Assembly: GCA_963737065.1 (NCBI GenBank) | Contig: CAVTRC010000002.1 | Span: 352,001 to 416,000 of the forward strand | DNA from: Candidatus Eremiobacteria bacterium | GTDB lineage: Bacteria > Vulcanimicrobiota > Vulcanimicrobiia > Vulcanimicrobiales > Vulcanimicrobiaceae | Reading direction: 5' to 3' | DNA: 64,000 bases | In this document: piece by piece, positions 9,743 to 21,187 of the stretch | Position numbering within the stretch: the first letter of the stretch is position 1 | Layout of the letters: the number at the start of each line of letters is the position of its first letter | The notes under the pieces: model-generated | The model's database searches: none | What the model was told of the DNA's origin: nothing | The model's input: only the letters and a program-made list of their open reading frames with translations | Made by a program: the position numbers and the translations under genes

Positions 9743-10459
9743 ATGAGCCGTGCCTATGCGCTGCTCGTTCTAGTGCTTGCGCTTGCGCCGCTGTGTGCGC
9801 GCGCCGATGCACCCCTCCGCACGGTGGTTTATCGCTACACGATGGATGCTCGTGGATTCTTTGGCGCGCCCAGCACGAGCGTCTACGGTGCCGTGAGCGA
9901 AAACGGCGCCGCTGGTACGGCGGGCCGTACGGGCACCATTCGAGTCGACGTGGTAAAGGCGACGTCCGATGGCGGTCTCGTCGTCGACGTGACGCAGAAC
10001 ATCGATCGTGAACTCCATCCGTTGCAAACTCTGCGATGCGCGATTTACGGGCGCACCGAGGACGTCGTATGCGATCAGAACGTCGGCGCAACGAGCACTG
10101 AAACGGTCCTTCTCAGTTATTTTGGCCGCTATTTCTACGAACCATCACGCGTCGATGCAGCGGGGCGCTGGCATACGTCGCCGCAAATCCACGACAAAGG
10201 CGTCCAGATCGATAATGACTTCACCGTGACGAAGACGGACGCCAGTCTGCTTACAATTAAGATCGCCCGGACGGAAAAAGGCGGCGGCTACATGGCGACA
10301 ACCGAAGGCTCTCTGGTTTACGACACCGCCCTCGACGTGCCGGACGCGGTTCACGTTGCGGTCACGACGCAGCGCTCCGGAGAGCAAGGCGACATGAACG
10401 TACAGCTGCAGCTCGTCTCCGATTCTATGGCTGCGCAGAGCGGCCAAACCTCGCATTGA
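9743..10459 (+). CDS. Secreted hypothetical protein (tandem paralog 2)
   Basis: Signal peptide; shared DGGLVVDVT, RCAxYG...CDQN, QGDMNV. Confidence 0.8.
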   Translation: MSRAYALLVLVLALAPLCARADAPLRTVVYRYTMDARGFFGAPSTSVYGAVSENGAAGTAGRTGTIRVDVVKATSDGGLVVDVTQNIDRELHPLQTLRCAIYGRTEDVVCDQNVGATSTETVLLSYFGRYFYEPSRVDAAGRWHTSPQIHDKGVQIDNDFTVTKTDASLLTIKIARTEKGGGYMATTEGSLVYDTALDVPDAVHVAVTTQRSGEQGDMNVQLQLVSDSMAAQSGQTSH

Positions 10460-10484
10460 CGCGTCGTATCCTCCCTGGTATACT
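10456..10484 (+). promoter_or_regulatory. Sigma70-type promoter of the str operon
   Basis: TTGACG-17-TATACT. Confidence 0.7.
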
Positions 10485-10558
10485 GCCGTAGTTCAGGCCC
10501 ACCCCGTCGGTGCGGCCGACTTTGTGTGTGTTGATACGTGCAGTTGTGGGAGTAGTTT

Positions 10559-10999
10559 TTGCCTACCATTAACCAACTGGTCCGTAAGGGCCGGGCGAAG
10601 ACGGAGAAGAAGGTCAAGACCCGCGCGTTCCGTGTGATCCTCACCGGACCGAAGCCGGGGCATCCGGATCTTCCGACGCGGTCGTTCGAAGTTCAGGGCA
10701 ACCCGCAACGTCGCGGCGTCTGCACTCAAGTGAAGACCGTAACGCCGAAGAAGCCGAACTCGGCGCTTCGCAAAGTCGCCCGTGTACGCTTGACCAATGG
10801 CGAAGAGGTGACGGCGTACATTCCCGGCATCGGGCATAACCTGCAAGAGCACTCGGTCGTGCTCGTGCGCGGCGGCCGCGTCAAGGATCTGCCGGGGGTC
10901 CGCTACCACATCATCCGCGGAACGCTCGACACCGCCGGTACGGCAAACCGCAAGCAAGGCCGCTCGAAATACGGCGCGAAGCGCGACAAGAAGAAGTAA
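10559..10999 (+). CDS. rpsL: 30S ribosomal protein S12
   Basis: [35 protein letters not shown]. Confidence 0.99.
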   Translation: MPTINQLVRKGRAKTEKKVKTRAFRVILTGPKPGHPDLPTRSFEVQGNPQRRGVCTQVKTVTPKKPNSALRKVARVRLTNGEEVTAYIPGIGHNLQEHSVVLVRGGRVKDLPGVRYHIIRGTLDTAGTANRKQGRSKYGAKRDKKK

Positions 11000-11049
11000 G
11001 ACGTCCTACGACCGGCTCAGGATAGAAAAAGGAAAGTTTAAAGAGATAC

Positions 11050-11520
11050 ATGCCTCGCAAAGGTCCGGCTCCGAAGCGGCAGATTCTGCCCGATCCGAAG
11101 TACAACTCGAAGATTCTCGCGCGCTTCATCAATAAGGTCATGTTGAGTGGTAAGAAATCGACCGCCGAGCAGGTTACCTATGGAGCTCTCGACATCATCG
11201 CGGACAAGAGCGGTCGCGATCCGTACGAAGTGTTCCAGCAAGCGCTCTCGAACGCGATGCCGCTCGTAGAAGTGCGACCGCGACGCGTCGGCGGTGCGAC
11301 GTATCAGGTACCGATGGAAGTTCGACCCGACCGCCGCCAAGCGATGGCGATGCGCTGGTTGATCGGTTTCGCGCGTTCGCGCGGCGGGCGTTCGTTCGAA
11401 GAAAAGCTCGCCGGCGAGCTGATGGACGCATCCAATAATACCGGCGCGACGATCAAGAAGCGGGAAGACACCCACAAGATGGCTGAAGCGAATAAGGCTT
11501 TCGCCCACTACCGTTGGTAA
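11050..11520 (+). CDS. rpsG: 30S ribosomal protein S7
   Basis: [23 protein letters not shown]. Confidence 0.99.
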   Translation: MPRKGPAPKRQILPDPKYNSKILARFINKVMLSGKKSTAEQVTYGALDIIADKSGRDPYEVFQQALSNAMPLVEVRPRRVGGATYQVPMEVRPDRRQAMAMRWLIGFARSRGGRSFEEKLAGELMDASNNTGATIKKREDTHKMAEANKAFAHYRW

Positions 11521-11544
11521 TGCACACCCCAGAGATTTTTTAAG

Positions 11545-13650
11545 TTGGCAACCAGAGAGTTCTCCCTCGAGAAGACACGTAATATCGGCATCGCCGCCCA
11601 CATCGATGCCGGTAAGACGACGTGCACCGAACGCATTCTTTTTTACACCGGACGCGTGCACAAAATCGGTGAAGTGCATGACGGCGCCGCGACGATGGAT
11701 TGGATGGTCCAGGAACAAGAACGCGGCATCACGATCACTTCGGCGGCGACGGCGGCCACGTGGCGCGAACACCGGATCAACATCATCGATACGCCTGGCC
11801 ACGTGGACTTTACCGTCGAGGTCGAGCGCTCGCTTCGCGTGCTCGACGGACTCGTCGCACTCTTCGACTCCGTCGCCGCGGTTCAGCCGCAGTCCGAGAC
11901 CGTGTGGCGTCAGGCGAACAAATACAAAGTGCCGCGCATCATCTTCGTCAACAAGATGGACCGCATGGGCGCCGACTTCTTCAACGTCGTGGAGAAGATC
12001 CGCGAGCGTCTGGGCGCACGCGCCGTCCCGGTCCAAGTACCGATCGGCGCTGAGGACAACTTCAAAGGCGTGGTTGATCTCTTCACGATGAGGAAGATCG
12101 TCTACACCGACGACCTCGGCTCGACGATGGCGCAAGAGCCGGTCACCGATGCCGATCGCGATCTCAAGGCGCTCGCAGACAAGTGGCGTCAGCAACTCGT
12201 CGAGGCGATCGCCGAGCAAGACGACGAACTGCTCGAGATGTTCTTCAATGGCGAAGAGCTGCCGGTCGAACGCATGAAGACGGCGTTGCGCAAAGCGACG
12301 ATCGCCGGTACCGTGCTGCCGATGCTCTGCGGCTCCGCCTTCAAAAACAAGGGCGTGCAGCCGTTACTCGACGCCGTCGTGGAGTATCTGCCGTCTCCGC
12401 TCGATGCGAAGCCGATCGTCGGTACCGACGAAGACGGTAACGAGATGACGCGCAAGCCGGTCGACAGCGAACCGTTCAGCGCGCTTGCGTTCAAGATCGC
12501 GACCGATCCGTACGGCAATTTGACGTATTTCCGCGTGTATTCCGGTACGCTGAACAAAGGGTCGTACGTGTACAATTCGCGTTCGGGCAAGAAAGAGCGT
12601 ATCGGACGCATCCTTCGTATGCACGCGAACCATCGCGAGGACATCGATTCCATCGGCGCGGGCGATATCGCGGCGGCGGTCGGCTTGACCGACACGCGCA
12701 CGGGTGACACGCTGTGCGACGAAAAGAATCCGATCGTGCTCGAATCGATCACGTTCCCGGATCCCGTTATCTTCCAGGCGATCGAGCCGAAGTCGAAGGC
12801 GGACCAGGACCAGCTCGGCAAGGGTCTCGCACGTCTTGCACAGGAAGACCCGACATTCCGCATGCGCACCGATGAAGAGACGCAACAGACGATCATCGGC
12901 GGCATGGGCGAGCTTCACTTGGAAATCATCGTCGATCGTTTGCGTCGCGAATTCAAAGTCGAAGCCAACGTCGGAAAACCGCAGGTCGCATACAAAGAAG
13001 CGATCACGAAAACCGTTGAACGCCAGGGCAAGCACGTCCGGCAATCAGGCGGTAAAGGCCAATACGGCGATATTTGGCTGCGCGTCGAACCGCTCGAACC
13101 GGGCTCCGGCTTTCAATTCGAATGGAAGATCGTGGGCGGTGCGGTGCCTAAGGAATATGCGAAAGCAGTTCAGCAAGGCGTCGAGGAGTCCGCGCAAAGC
13201 GGTGTCCTGGCCGGATTCCCGGTGCTCGACTTCAAAGTGACCGCGTTCGACGGGTCGTATCACGACGTAGATTCGTCCGAAATGGCGTTTAAGGTCGCTG
13301 CGTCGCACGGTTGGAAATCAGCGAATCAGGCGGCAGGCCCGATTCTGCTCGAGCCGATCATGAAAGTTGAAGTGACGACGCCGAAAGATTATTTGGGCGC
13401 CATCAACGGCGACCTAAACCGTCGTCGCGGTCTGATTCAATCGACGGAAGAAGCCGCGGGCGGCGCGCAAGTCATCATGGCGCACGTTCCGCTCTCGGAG
13501 ATGTTCGGGTACGCAACCGACATGCGTTCGATGACGCAAGGTCGTGCAACGTACACGATGGAGTTTTCTCACTATGAGAAAGCTCCGAAGATGGTTGAAG
13601 AGGAAATCATCGCCAAATCGACCGGTCGCAAAAGAGGCGACGCAGCCTAG
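11545..13650 (+). CDS. fusA: Elongation factor G
   Basis: [29 protein letters not shown]; str operon synteny. Confidence 0.99.
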   Translation: MATREFSLEKTRNIGIAAHIDAGKTTCTERILFYTGRVHKIGEVHDGAATMDWMVQEQERGITITSAATAATWREHRINIIDTPGHVDFTVEVERSLRVLDGLVALFDSVAAVQPQSETVWRQANKYKVPRIIFVNKMDRMGADFFNVVEKIRERLGARAVPVQVPIGAEDNFKGVVDLFTMRKIVYTDDLGSTMAQEPVTDADRDLKALADKWRQQLVEAIAEQDDELLEMFFNGEELPVERMKTALRKATIAGTVLPMLCGSAFKNKGVQPLLDAVVEYLPSPLDAKPIVGTDEDGNEMTRKPVDSEPFSALAFKIATDPYGNLTYFRVYSGTLNKGSYVYNSRSGKKERIGRILRMHANHREDIDSIGAGDIAAAVGLTDTRTGDTLCDEKNPIVLESITFPDPVIFQAIEPKSKADQDQLGKGLARLAQEDPTFRMRTDEETQQTIIGGMGELHLEIIVDRLRREFKVEANVGKPQVAYKEAITKTVERQGKHVRQSGGKGQYGDIWLRVEPLEPGSGFQFEWKIVGGAVPKEYAKAVQQGVEESAQSGVLAGFPVLDFKVTAFDGSYHDVDSSEMAFKVAASHGWKSANQAAGPILLEPIMKVEVTTPKDYLGAINGDLNRRRGLIQSTEEAAGGAQVIMAHVPLSEMFGYATDMRSMTQGRATYTMEFSHYEKAPKMVEEEIIAKSTGRKRGDAA

Positions 13651-13759
13651 AGTAATCTGGGCACAACCACTCGGCGGCACGAGCTGAGTTCAAACAACAT
13701 AGGCTACGCCGTCGAGATTTCATCGACGGATAATTAGACGAGGAAAATAAAAAACACAC

Positions 13760-14959
<1,200 letters not shown>

Positions 14960-15044
14960 TCTTTTCGTCCACAGTGCCGTTGCGGCGGGGATCGTGGTCC
15001 GTAGACCACTTCACCCCTGCCGCGCCTAACTGTGAACGAAAATC
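14960..15044 (-). repeat. Structured repeat family 1, copy A (tuf-rpsJ spacer)
   Basis: Near-identical framework to 48101-48184 with compensatory stem changes. Confidence 0.8.
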
Positions 15045-15070
15045 GTTACTCGTGCAGCGTGAGACGCTGT

Positions 15071-15099
15071 TGGACAAAAAACGGGAGTCGTGGTAGACT
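15071..15099 (+). promoter_or_regulatory. Putative internal promoter of rpsJ
   Basis: TGGACA-17-TAGACT with TG extended -10. Confidence 0.55.
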
Positions 15100-15131
15100 G
15101 CGGCTTGCTGTCCGAGTGGCAGTTGCTTTGA

Positions 15132-15145
15132 GTTCATTGAAAACT
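15132..15145 (+). promoter_or_regulatory. boxA-like site in the rpsJ leader
   Basis: GTTCATTGAAAACT versus rrn copies GCTCCTTGAAAACT and GATCTTTGAAAACT. Confidence 0.55.
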
Positions 15146-15154
15146 TTATGCGAG

Positions 15155-15245
15155 CCCTGCGCGCTTTGCGTAGGGGGCGCGCAGCACGAAGTGCGAAGTG
15201 CCTGTTCGACTGAAAGGGGTCCCCGAAGGACGTAGTTCTTTGGGG
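15155..15245 (+). repeat. Structured element family 2, copy A (rpsJ leader)
   Basis: Same stem order and linker motifs as 37147-37242. Confidence 0.6.
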
Positions 15246-15258
15246 TTTAGAGAGAGAC

Positions 15259-15567
15259 GTGGCTAAGCAGAAGATCCGCATTCGTTTGAAAGCGTTCGAT
15301 CACAAGGTGCTCGACCAAAGCGCCGAGCGTATCGTCGAGACGGCGAAGCGCACCGGCGCGTTCGTGAGCGGTCCCGTTCCGCTGCCGACCGAGATCAACC
15401 GCTTTTGCGTTCAGCGTTCGACGAACAACGACAAAAAGTCGCGCGAGCACTTTGAGATGCGCACGCACAAACGGCTGATCGACATCCTGCAGGCGTCCCC
15501 GAAAACGATGGATGCGCTGATGCATCTCGATCTCCCGGCCGGCGTCGACATCGAACTCAAGGCGTAG
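15259..15567 (+). CDS. rpsJ: 30S ribosomal protein S10 (NusE)
   Basis: [34 protein letters not shown]. Confidence 0.99.
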   Translation: MAKQKIRIRLKAFDHKVLDQSAERIVETAKRTGAFVSGPVPLPTEINRFCVQRSTNNDKKSREHFEMRTHKRLIDILQASPKTMDALMHLDLPAGVDIELKA

Positions 15568-15592
15568 TGGACAGGAACGTAATGATGTAACC

Positions 15593-15625
15593 GGCCCGAA
15601 ATGAATGCTTCGGGCCTTTGTTTTT
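15593..15625 (+). terminator. Intrinsic terminator after rpsJ
   Basis: GGCCCGAA/TTCGGGCC stem followed by TTTGTTTTT. Confidence 0.8.
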
Positions 15626-15715
15626 CCAGTCTCAGGACACGATCCGTTCGGCCGGTTCACCGTCGGCGTGACGATTCTGAACGCATTTCAAAAATGACAT
15701 GAGGAGGAGCTCTCA

Positions 15716-15955
15716 ATGGAACTCAAGCCGACCTATCTTGGCACGATGATCTCGCTCGCAACCGTTGCCTTCGGTCTCATCGCGGCGGGTGCATGGAATA
15801 AGTTTATTACGGATCTGATCGCCATCTTTTTGAAGCCCGGAGCCGGCGTTTGGGCAGAGTTGATCTATGCCGTGATCATCACGATCGTCGCAATCGTCGT
15901 CGTGCAGAACCTCGCGAATGTCGCCGAGCGCGACTCGTTCCGACGGAAAGTGTAA
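15716..15955 (+). CDS. Small membrane protein (DUF5654-like)
   Basis: AFGLIAAGAWN...LIYAVIIT, 2 TM segments; RBS GAGGAGG. Confidence 0.75.
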   Translation: MELKPTYLGTMISLATVAFGLIAAGAWNKFITDLIAIFLKPGAGVWAELIYAVIITIVAIVVVQNLANVAERDSFRRKV

Positions 15956-16173
15956 AACGCCGCATCGAACTTGCTACGCTCGTACCACCGAGGTTCGTTC
16001 GCATCCGTCGCTGAACGATGAAACGCCGAAAGCGTTTGCTCTCTCGGCAAGGAATGGCGATGTAGGAAGTAGAGCGTAGAGCGGGCTAGCGTAACGGAAC
16101 GTCACCGTGACGACTCAAACGGGCAGCGTCAATAAAAAACGACAACGTGCCTGTCAAAAATACTCCGCGTAAA

Positions 16174-16950
16174 TCATCGGCGGTCCGGGGATGGCGACGG
16201 TTGTTGGGCCTGATGGAGCACGGTTTCGTACGAGCCGCGAACGGCTCCATTCTCCGACTCAACCGTGTCGCGCTCAATGACGTCTACTCCAAAGGTGTAT
16301 TGAGTGTAGTCGCGCTCCTCTGCTCCCAGCTTCCAAACCCCTTTAGACACACGAACCGCAAACGTTCCCGCCGGAACCGTGCGCACCGCGCTGCCCTCAT
16401 CTATTACATAAAGTGACCACGCTTCCGATCCGTTTGGCAAGGAGCATTGGTACATCGTCGCCGCACCCGATATATTTTGCGCGGCAGAAAAGTTCGCAGG
16501 CGCGCTGAGGATAGTTTCTCGCTTCGGAGCGAAGCAGCGCGGTGCAATAGGTGCTAAGAGATCCGTCCCAACCTGCTCAGCAAAACCGCCGTCGTTGATA
16601 ACGTAATAGTTCTGCAGATCGGTGGGGACCACGCCCCCCACAGTTTCGGAAGTGTAATACGACGAACCTCGGTACGTTTGTATGCCGTCGTACGCAACTT
16701 TGATCACCCCGGTGGAAGGGACGCTCCCGTTCGAGCCTTGGAGCGACACGGACACCCCGTACGTCCATATCGTGCCAACGCGCGCAAGTGTCTGCGGGCC
16801 GGCCGTCTGAATTGGTTGCGGCGTCGGCTGCGGTGACGGCGAATTCGGCGAACCGCCTTCGGCGCAATTGGTGAGCGCGAACGATCCGAGAACTAAGGCG
16901 GTTCGTCTGATGCTGATGCGTATCAAAGCCAACCCCTTGGCGAGTGTCAT
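16174..16950 (-). CDS. Hypothetical lipoprotein (C-terminus uncertain)
   Basis: Signal with LTNC, Pro-rich linker, beta-rich body. Confidence 0.55.
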   Translation of the reverse strand: MTLAKGLALIRISIRRTALVLGSFALTNCAEGGSPNSPSPQPTPQPIQTAGPQTLARVGTIWTYGVSVSLQGSNGSVPSTGVIKVAYDGIQTYRGSSYYTSETVGGVVPTDLQNYYVINDGGFAEQVGTDLLAPIAPRCFAPKRETILSAPANFSAAQNISGAATMYQCSLPNGSEAWSLYVIDEGSAVRTVPAGTFAVRVSKGVWKLGAEERDYTQYTFGVDVIERDTVESENGAVRGSYETVLHQAQQPSPSPDRR

Positions 16951-17196
16951 GGAATAGGGGTTGGCGGAAAAGTTCTCGGAGGTGTCGGCGCCGAGCTGAT
17001 CTGCGGGTTTTCGAGCACCTCAATAATATACGTATGCCCAGGATTCAACCTTCAGCCGTTGCCGCCCCAGAGCCCGGATAATAGAAGGAATTCCAGTCTC
17101 AGTTGATCCCGCAGCAATATGGCAACATTCCCCGGCGCAGCGCGGCGGGAAATCTGCTAATGCGTCACCGCTTTACCAAGTCTCTTGGGTGATGAA

Positions 17197-17612
17197 ATGA
17201 TTACGATCTTAGCGCTTACGCTGACAACCATTACGGCTCCGCACGTGGGGAGCGGGTGTTACTCGTCTCAGCTTCAGCTTGGAACGGGAAATATAACTTC
17301 GAACGTGCGGCTGTCGAATGATCCTTCGACGAACATCGTAAACATTTGGGCGTTCGTCGATAATCAATCAAAGTCTATTGCGTGGGTTTACAAAAATAAG
17401 TAAGGGAAGGTGTACGTTGTTTGGAACCCGGAGCGCAGCGCGATCGCGCAATCAATGGTGAGAGCATCGTCGCTGCCGGCAAGTCTCTTTACTCCAAACA
17501 TGGAACCTACAACTTGCGCAGCGTCGATCCTACCACACTTTTGGGCCTTGAGAACCTGCTTGGAGCAAATGGCTTCGTGCGAGCTTCGTGTTTCAGCGGT
17601 GACCTGAAGTAG
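17197..17612 (+). pseudogene. Disrupted secreted two-Cys domain protein
   Basis: Signal peptide; in-frame TAA (17401-17403) inside AWVYKNK*GKVYVVWNP, which parallels AWVYKDQNGHYWIQPNP of 45185..46006; probable later frameshift. Confidence 0.55.
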
Positions 17613-17652
17613 AGCGGTCGGAGGTGCTGCTCAAATCGGTTAGGCAGCGTGT

Positions 17653-18174
17653 TTGGTTCTGACCGAAGCGCAGCTCGCAGCACTTGAGAAGGCGCAGAAC
17701 GAGAAGGACGCGCACGGCGAGTTCGAGAGTGAATGCCCCGGTTATTGCGGCGCACAAGACACGTTCTACGTCGGCACGCTCAAAGGCGTTGGCCGTGTAT
17801 ATCAGCAGACCTTTGTCGACACGTATAGCAAAGTTGGATTCGCGAAGCTGTACCAGCAAAAGACGCCAATTACTGCAGCAGATCTGCTCAATGATCGGGT
17901 CATTCCATTCTTTGAAGAGCACGATATTCGCGTGAGCCGAATCCTCACTGATCGTGGAACCGAGTACTGCGGAGACGTCCAGAAGCATCCTTACGAGTTG
18001 TACCTCGCAATCGAAGACATCGATCACACGCGCACCAAGGCAAAGAGCCCCCGAACAAACGGCATCGTTGAACGCCTTCACAAGACGATGCTTAACGAAT
18101 TCTACCGCGTGGCATTCCGCAAGAAGATTTACCATACGGTCGACGAGCTGCAACACTTAATTTCGATGGTCTGA
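17653..18174 (+). mobile_element. IS481-family transposase fragment (integrase core)
   Basis: QDTFYVGTLKGVGRVYQQTFVDTYS, LTDRGTEYCG, SPRTNGIVERLH; N-terminal HTH and C-terminus missing. Confidence 0.88.
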
Positions 18175-18257
18175 ACTTTCTTACCGATTGCTATGCGGCG
18201 TCGTGTTGCGGCGGCTTCTCGTTGTAGTGCTCGAACCATCGACGAAGGCGGTGTTCC

Positions 18258-18350
18258 TTACTCTCCCCGTTTGCGTGCCGATTGCTTAACGATCCAGCGG
18301 ACCAAAAAGAACCCCGAGATCACAACGGCAACCTGAGCAGCGACCGGCAT
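18258..18350 (-). CDS. Putative 30-aa single-TM small protein
   Basis: MPVAAQVAVVISGFFLVRWIVKQSARKRGE; RBS AAGGAG/GGAG. Confidence 0.35.
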   Translation of the reverse strand: MPVAAQVAVVISGFFLVRWIVKQSARKRGE

Positions 18351-18466
18351 GTCACTCCACTCCTTTGGGCATCTCACTGCAGTACGTCGTGTCGCAGTAT
18401 TTTTTCTGCAGCTGCTTTGCTCTTCACGAAATTCTGCGAGTGTTACTCATCGAGATCAGGCCGGCT

Positions 18467-18848
18467 TCAATCGTTGAACGGCGTCGACCGCTCGCCGTTG
18501 GACTGCAGCGGTCCAAGCGTCGCTCGCTCGTAACACATTGTGTCAACGACCTTCACGGCCGATTGGAACGACTCGGCGAGAACCTGTCCGATCTTTTGAT
18601 TCCATTGCGACTGCGCCCATGCGTGCCGCGTTTGCCAGCGCGTCAAGACGATCACGCTCTTCTGGTCATCCGACTCTAGTATCCGGGCGTCCAGAAAGCC
18701 CGGAAGACCGGCTACGTCGTCCCGAACATGTTCCGCGGCACGTTGGGAGAACGCATCGCTCTCGTTCGGGATTGAGCGTCGCGGCCCATAAATAGACGAC
18801 CGTGCCGTCCTTACCGCTGCTATGGTCGCTAGAAAATTGTTCAACCAT
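18467..18848 (-). pseudogene. ABM (dimeric alpha/beta barrel) domain protein with a frameshift
   Basis: RBS AAGGAG and ATG at 18848 are in one frame; LPGFLDARILESDD...VIVLTRW is in another; shift near 18768-18770. Confidence 0.55.
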
Positions 18849-19025
18849 CGGTTGCTCCTTGTGTTTCGGGCGCTCGACGAAGCGTGACGCGCGACACATG
18901 TGTTCGTTTCGGGGCTAGCGCTTGCCACGACGGACGAGCGTCGAGGCCAACGTTCACGCCGTCAACGTCGATACACATACCCGGCGTCGCCGGATGCGAA
19001 GGCGGCGGTTGCGCGTGCGTGCGCG

Positions 19026-19451
19026 TCAGAGATCTGACTGGCCGCTCTTTACCGGCGGTTTTCCCGAGCGAATCTCGAACGCAAGTTGCGGCCGGCGTTG
19101 GAGCGGCGGCAGTACTTTCATGCGAACTTCGAAGCCTTTCACGTTGAGACCCAAACGGAACGCCACTTGCTGGATGCCGTGAAGCATCGCAACATTGATG
19201 TGGTGATCGGCCGGACCGAGATGGAGAAGGCTCGGTACGTGCGTTTTGCTCATCAGTATAACGCGCAGTTCGCCCGGAGCTTGCGGCGACTCCGCTAGGT
19301 CGTGCTCGCGCTCGTGAAACGCGACGACGTCGTCGTCTTCGTACACGATCTCCGCGTCTGCGACGATGTCTTTCCAGGGCTCCGCTTTTTTCGGCCACGC
19401 GATTGGGCCGCCGAGCATGACGTCGACGATCGCGAGTTCATGCTTACTCAT
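19026..19451 (-). CDS. HIT-like protein lacking the histidine triad
   Basis: IVYEDDDVVAF...VILMSKTHVPSL...GIQQVA similar to its neighbour; no HxHxH. Confidence 0.7.
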   Translation of the reverse strand: MSKHELAIVDVMLGGPIAWPKKAEPWKDIVADAEIVYEDDDVVAFHEREHDLAESPQAPGELRVILMSKTHVPSLLHLGPADHHINVAMLHGIQQVAFRLGLNVKGFEVRMKVLPPLQRRPQLAFEIRSGKPPVKSGQSDL

Positions 19452-19531
19452 CGAATATGCTCCGCAGAAAAAAGGACGCGGCAGTCTTTCCAGAACTCCC
19501 GGGAAAGTCATTTTCCGCTCCGGAGGTCGCG

Positions 19532-19978
19532 TTGTCGTTTCAACCTCTGTCTCGTTCCATACGCGGCGATGGAAAACTCACCTACGACAAACCCGACCCG
19601 AATCATACGTTCCGCGGGCGTCTCGATGGCACGCGAGCGAACGCCGACGAAGTTGTGTACGAAGACGACGACGTCTTTGCATTCCGGCACCGCATCGACG
19701 AAACGGCCGCGTCATGGTGGGAAGTTCACGTCGTCATCATTCCGAAGAAGTGGTATCCGACGCTGCTCGACATCAATCTCGGCGACGCGCACATTTGGCA
19801 CCACTTAATGGGTGGAATTCAAAAAGTCGCGCTCGCATTGGGGCTTCACGAAAAGGGCTTCATCATGCGGATGGGCGTCCTGCCGCCGTATCAGCATACC
19901 GAACACGTTCACATCCACATTCTCTCCGGCAAGCACCACAATGAGCACGTCGATACCCCTCTCCCGGACGTCGAATAA
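19532..19978 (+). CDS. HIT family protein
   Basis: VVYEDDDVFAF, HVVIIPKK, HVHIHIL triad; TTG start with GGAGG RBS (alternative ATG at 19457). Confidence 0.85.
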   Translation: MSFQPLSRSIRGDGKLTYDKPDPNHTFRGRLDGTRANADEVVYEDDDVFAFRHRIDETAASWWEVHVVIIPKKWYPTLLDINLGDAHIWHHLMGGIQKVALALGLHEKGFIMRMGVLPPYQHTEHVHIHILSGKHHNEHVDTPLPDVE

Positions 19979-20516
19979 AACCATATCGCTGCTCGAGATC
20001 GCGTCGACGTTCGCACTGATTTCGAGCACGTCGTTCGGCGGCGGCCAGAAGGCCAGCGTGCGCCGTCAAGTCGTCGCGCAAGGCTGGATGACCAACGACG
20101 AGTTCATCGACGGCCTCGAACTCGCGCAAGTGATGCCCGGTCCGAACATCTTGAATCTCGCGATCTTTTGCGGTCAGCGCGCGCGCGGCGTCGTGGGCGC
20201 AGCGGTTGCGGCGCTCGCTGCATCGGTGCCGCCGTTTGTGATCGTCTTGATTGCGGGCGCGTTGTACTTCGCGTTTATCGGCAACCATCTCGTACGCGCT
20301 GCGTTGCTGGGGTGTGCAGCGGGTGCGGTCGGCTTGACGCTCTCGAACGCACTCGAATTGTCGTTAGACTATCGCAAAGATTGGGTGCGCGTCGCGCTGA
20401 TCGCGCTCACCGCCGTCGCGGTGTCCGGGTTTCGGCTTCCGCTCGTGCTCGTGCTGCTGGTCTTCGGCGGCCTCGGCATCGCGCGCGAGCGTCTATCGCC
20501 CAAGGGCGACGAATGA
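19941..20516 (+). CDS. Short-chain chromate transporter subunit (CHR)
   Basis: SFGGG, EFIDGLELAQVMPGP. Confidence 0.88.
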   Translation: MSTSIPLSRTSNKTISLLEIASTFALISSTSFGGGQKASVRRQVVAQGWMTNDEFIDGLELAQVMPGPNILNLAIFCGQRARGVVGAAVAALAASVPPFVIVLIAGALYFAFIGNHLVRAALLGCAAGAVGLTLSNALELSLDYRKDWVRVALIALTAVAVSGFRLPLVLVLLVFGGLGIARERLSPKGDE

Positions 20517-21037
20517 GCGCAACGTATCTGCGTCTGTTGTGGGTCTTTTCGATGCTCTCCGTGCTGGGCTTCGGCGGCGGCAAGGGAATCATTCCGCAGA
20601 TGCACACATACGCCGTTTCCACGTTTCACTGGACGACGGCGTCGCAGTTCGCCGAATTCTATACGATCGGAAAGCTCGTTCCCGGTCCGACGACGATCTT
20701 CTCCGCGCTCGTCGGCTATACCGCGGCCGGCGTTCTCGGCGCCGTCGTTGCAACGACGGCGATGTTTCTGCCGTCGACCGTTCTTATGATCGGCGCGGGA
20801 TCGCTCTTCGCGCGATTTGCGGGATCGCCGTTGCGTACGTTGATTACGCACGGGCTTGCGCCGGCGATCGTTGGACTCGTCTGGTCGAGCATTCTTTCAA
20901 TCAGCAAGGGCATTCCGCTCACCATCGCAACCGTCGGCATCGCGCTCGTCGTCGCGGCGTTGTCGCTACGGACGAAGTTGAGCGCGCCGAGCCTGATCGC
21001 ACTCTCCGGTGTCGCAGGTCTCGTCCTGTTACGGTGA
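20513..21037 (+). CDS. Short-chain chromate transporter subunit (CHR)
   Basis: GFGGG, IGKLVPGP; ATGA overlap with the partner gene. Confidence 0.88.
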   Translation: MSATYLRLLWVFSMLSVLGFGGGKGIIPQMHTYAVSTFHWTTASQFAEFYTIGKLVPGPTTIFSALVGYTAAGVLGAVVATTAMFLPSTVLMIGAGSLFARFAGSPLRTLITHGLAPAIVGLVWSSILSISKGIPLTIATVGIALVVAALSLRTKLSAPSLIALSGVAGLVLLR

Positions 21038-21187
21038 GGGGACGCCGACGAGAGCGTAGCGCGTACATCGCTCGATCGTGGCAGCCTCGATGTTATGAGC
21101 GCGTTTTGACGCTGTGTAACCGATGCTTACCTCGCGGAGCGGCCACCCGGCGAATGAGGTAGCGAACGGGGCCTCGAAGGCGAAGCC

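Noticed and set aside
19451..19457. Divergent starts only 5 nt apart
   Set aside because: An RBS-supported TTG at 19532 gives an ordinary 80-nt gap
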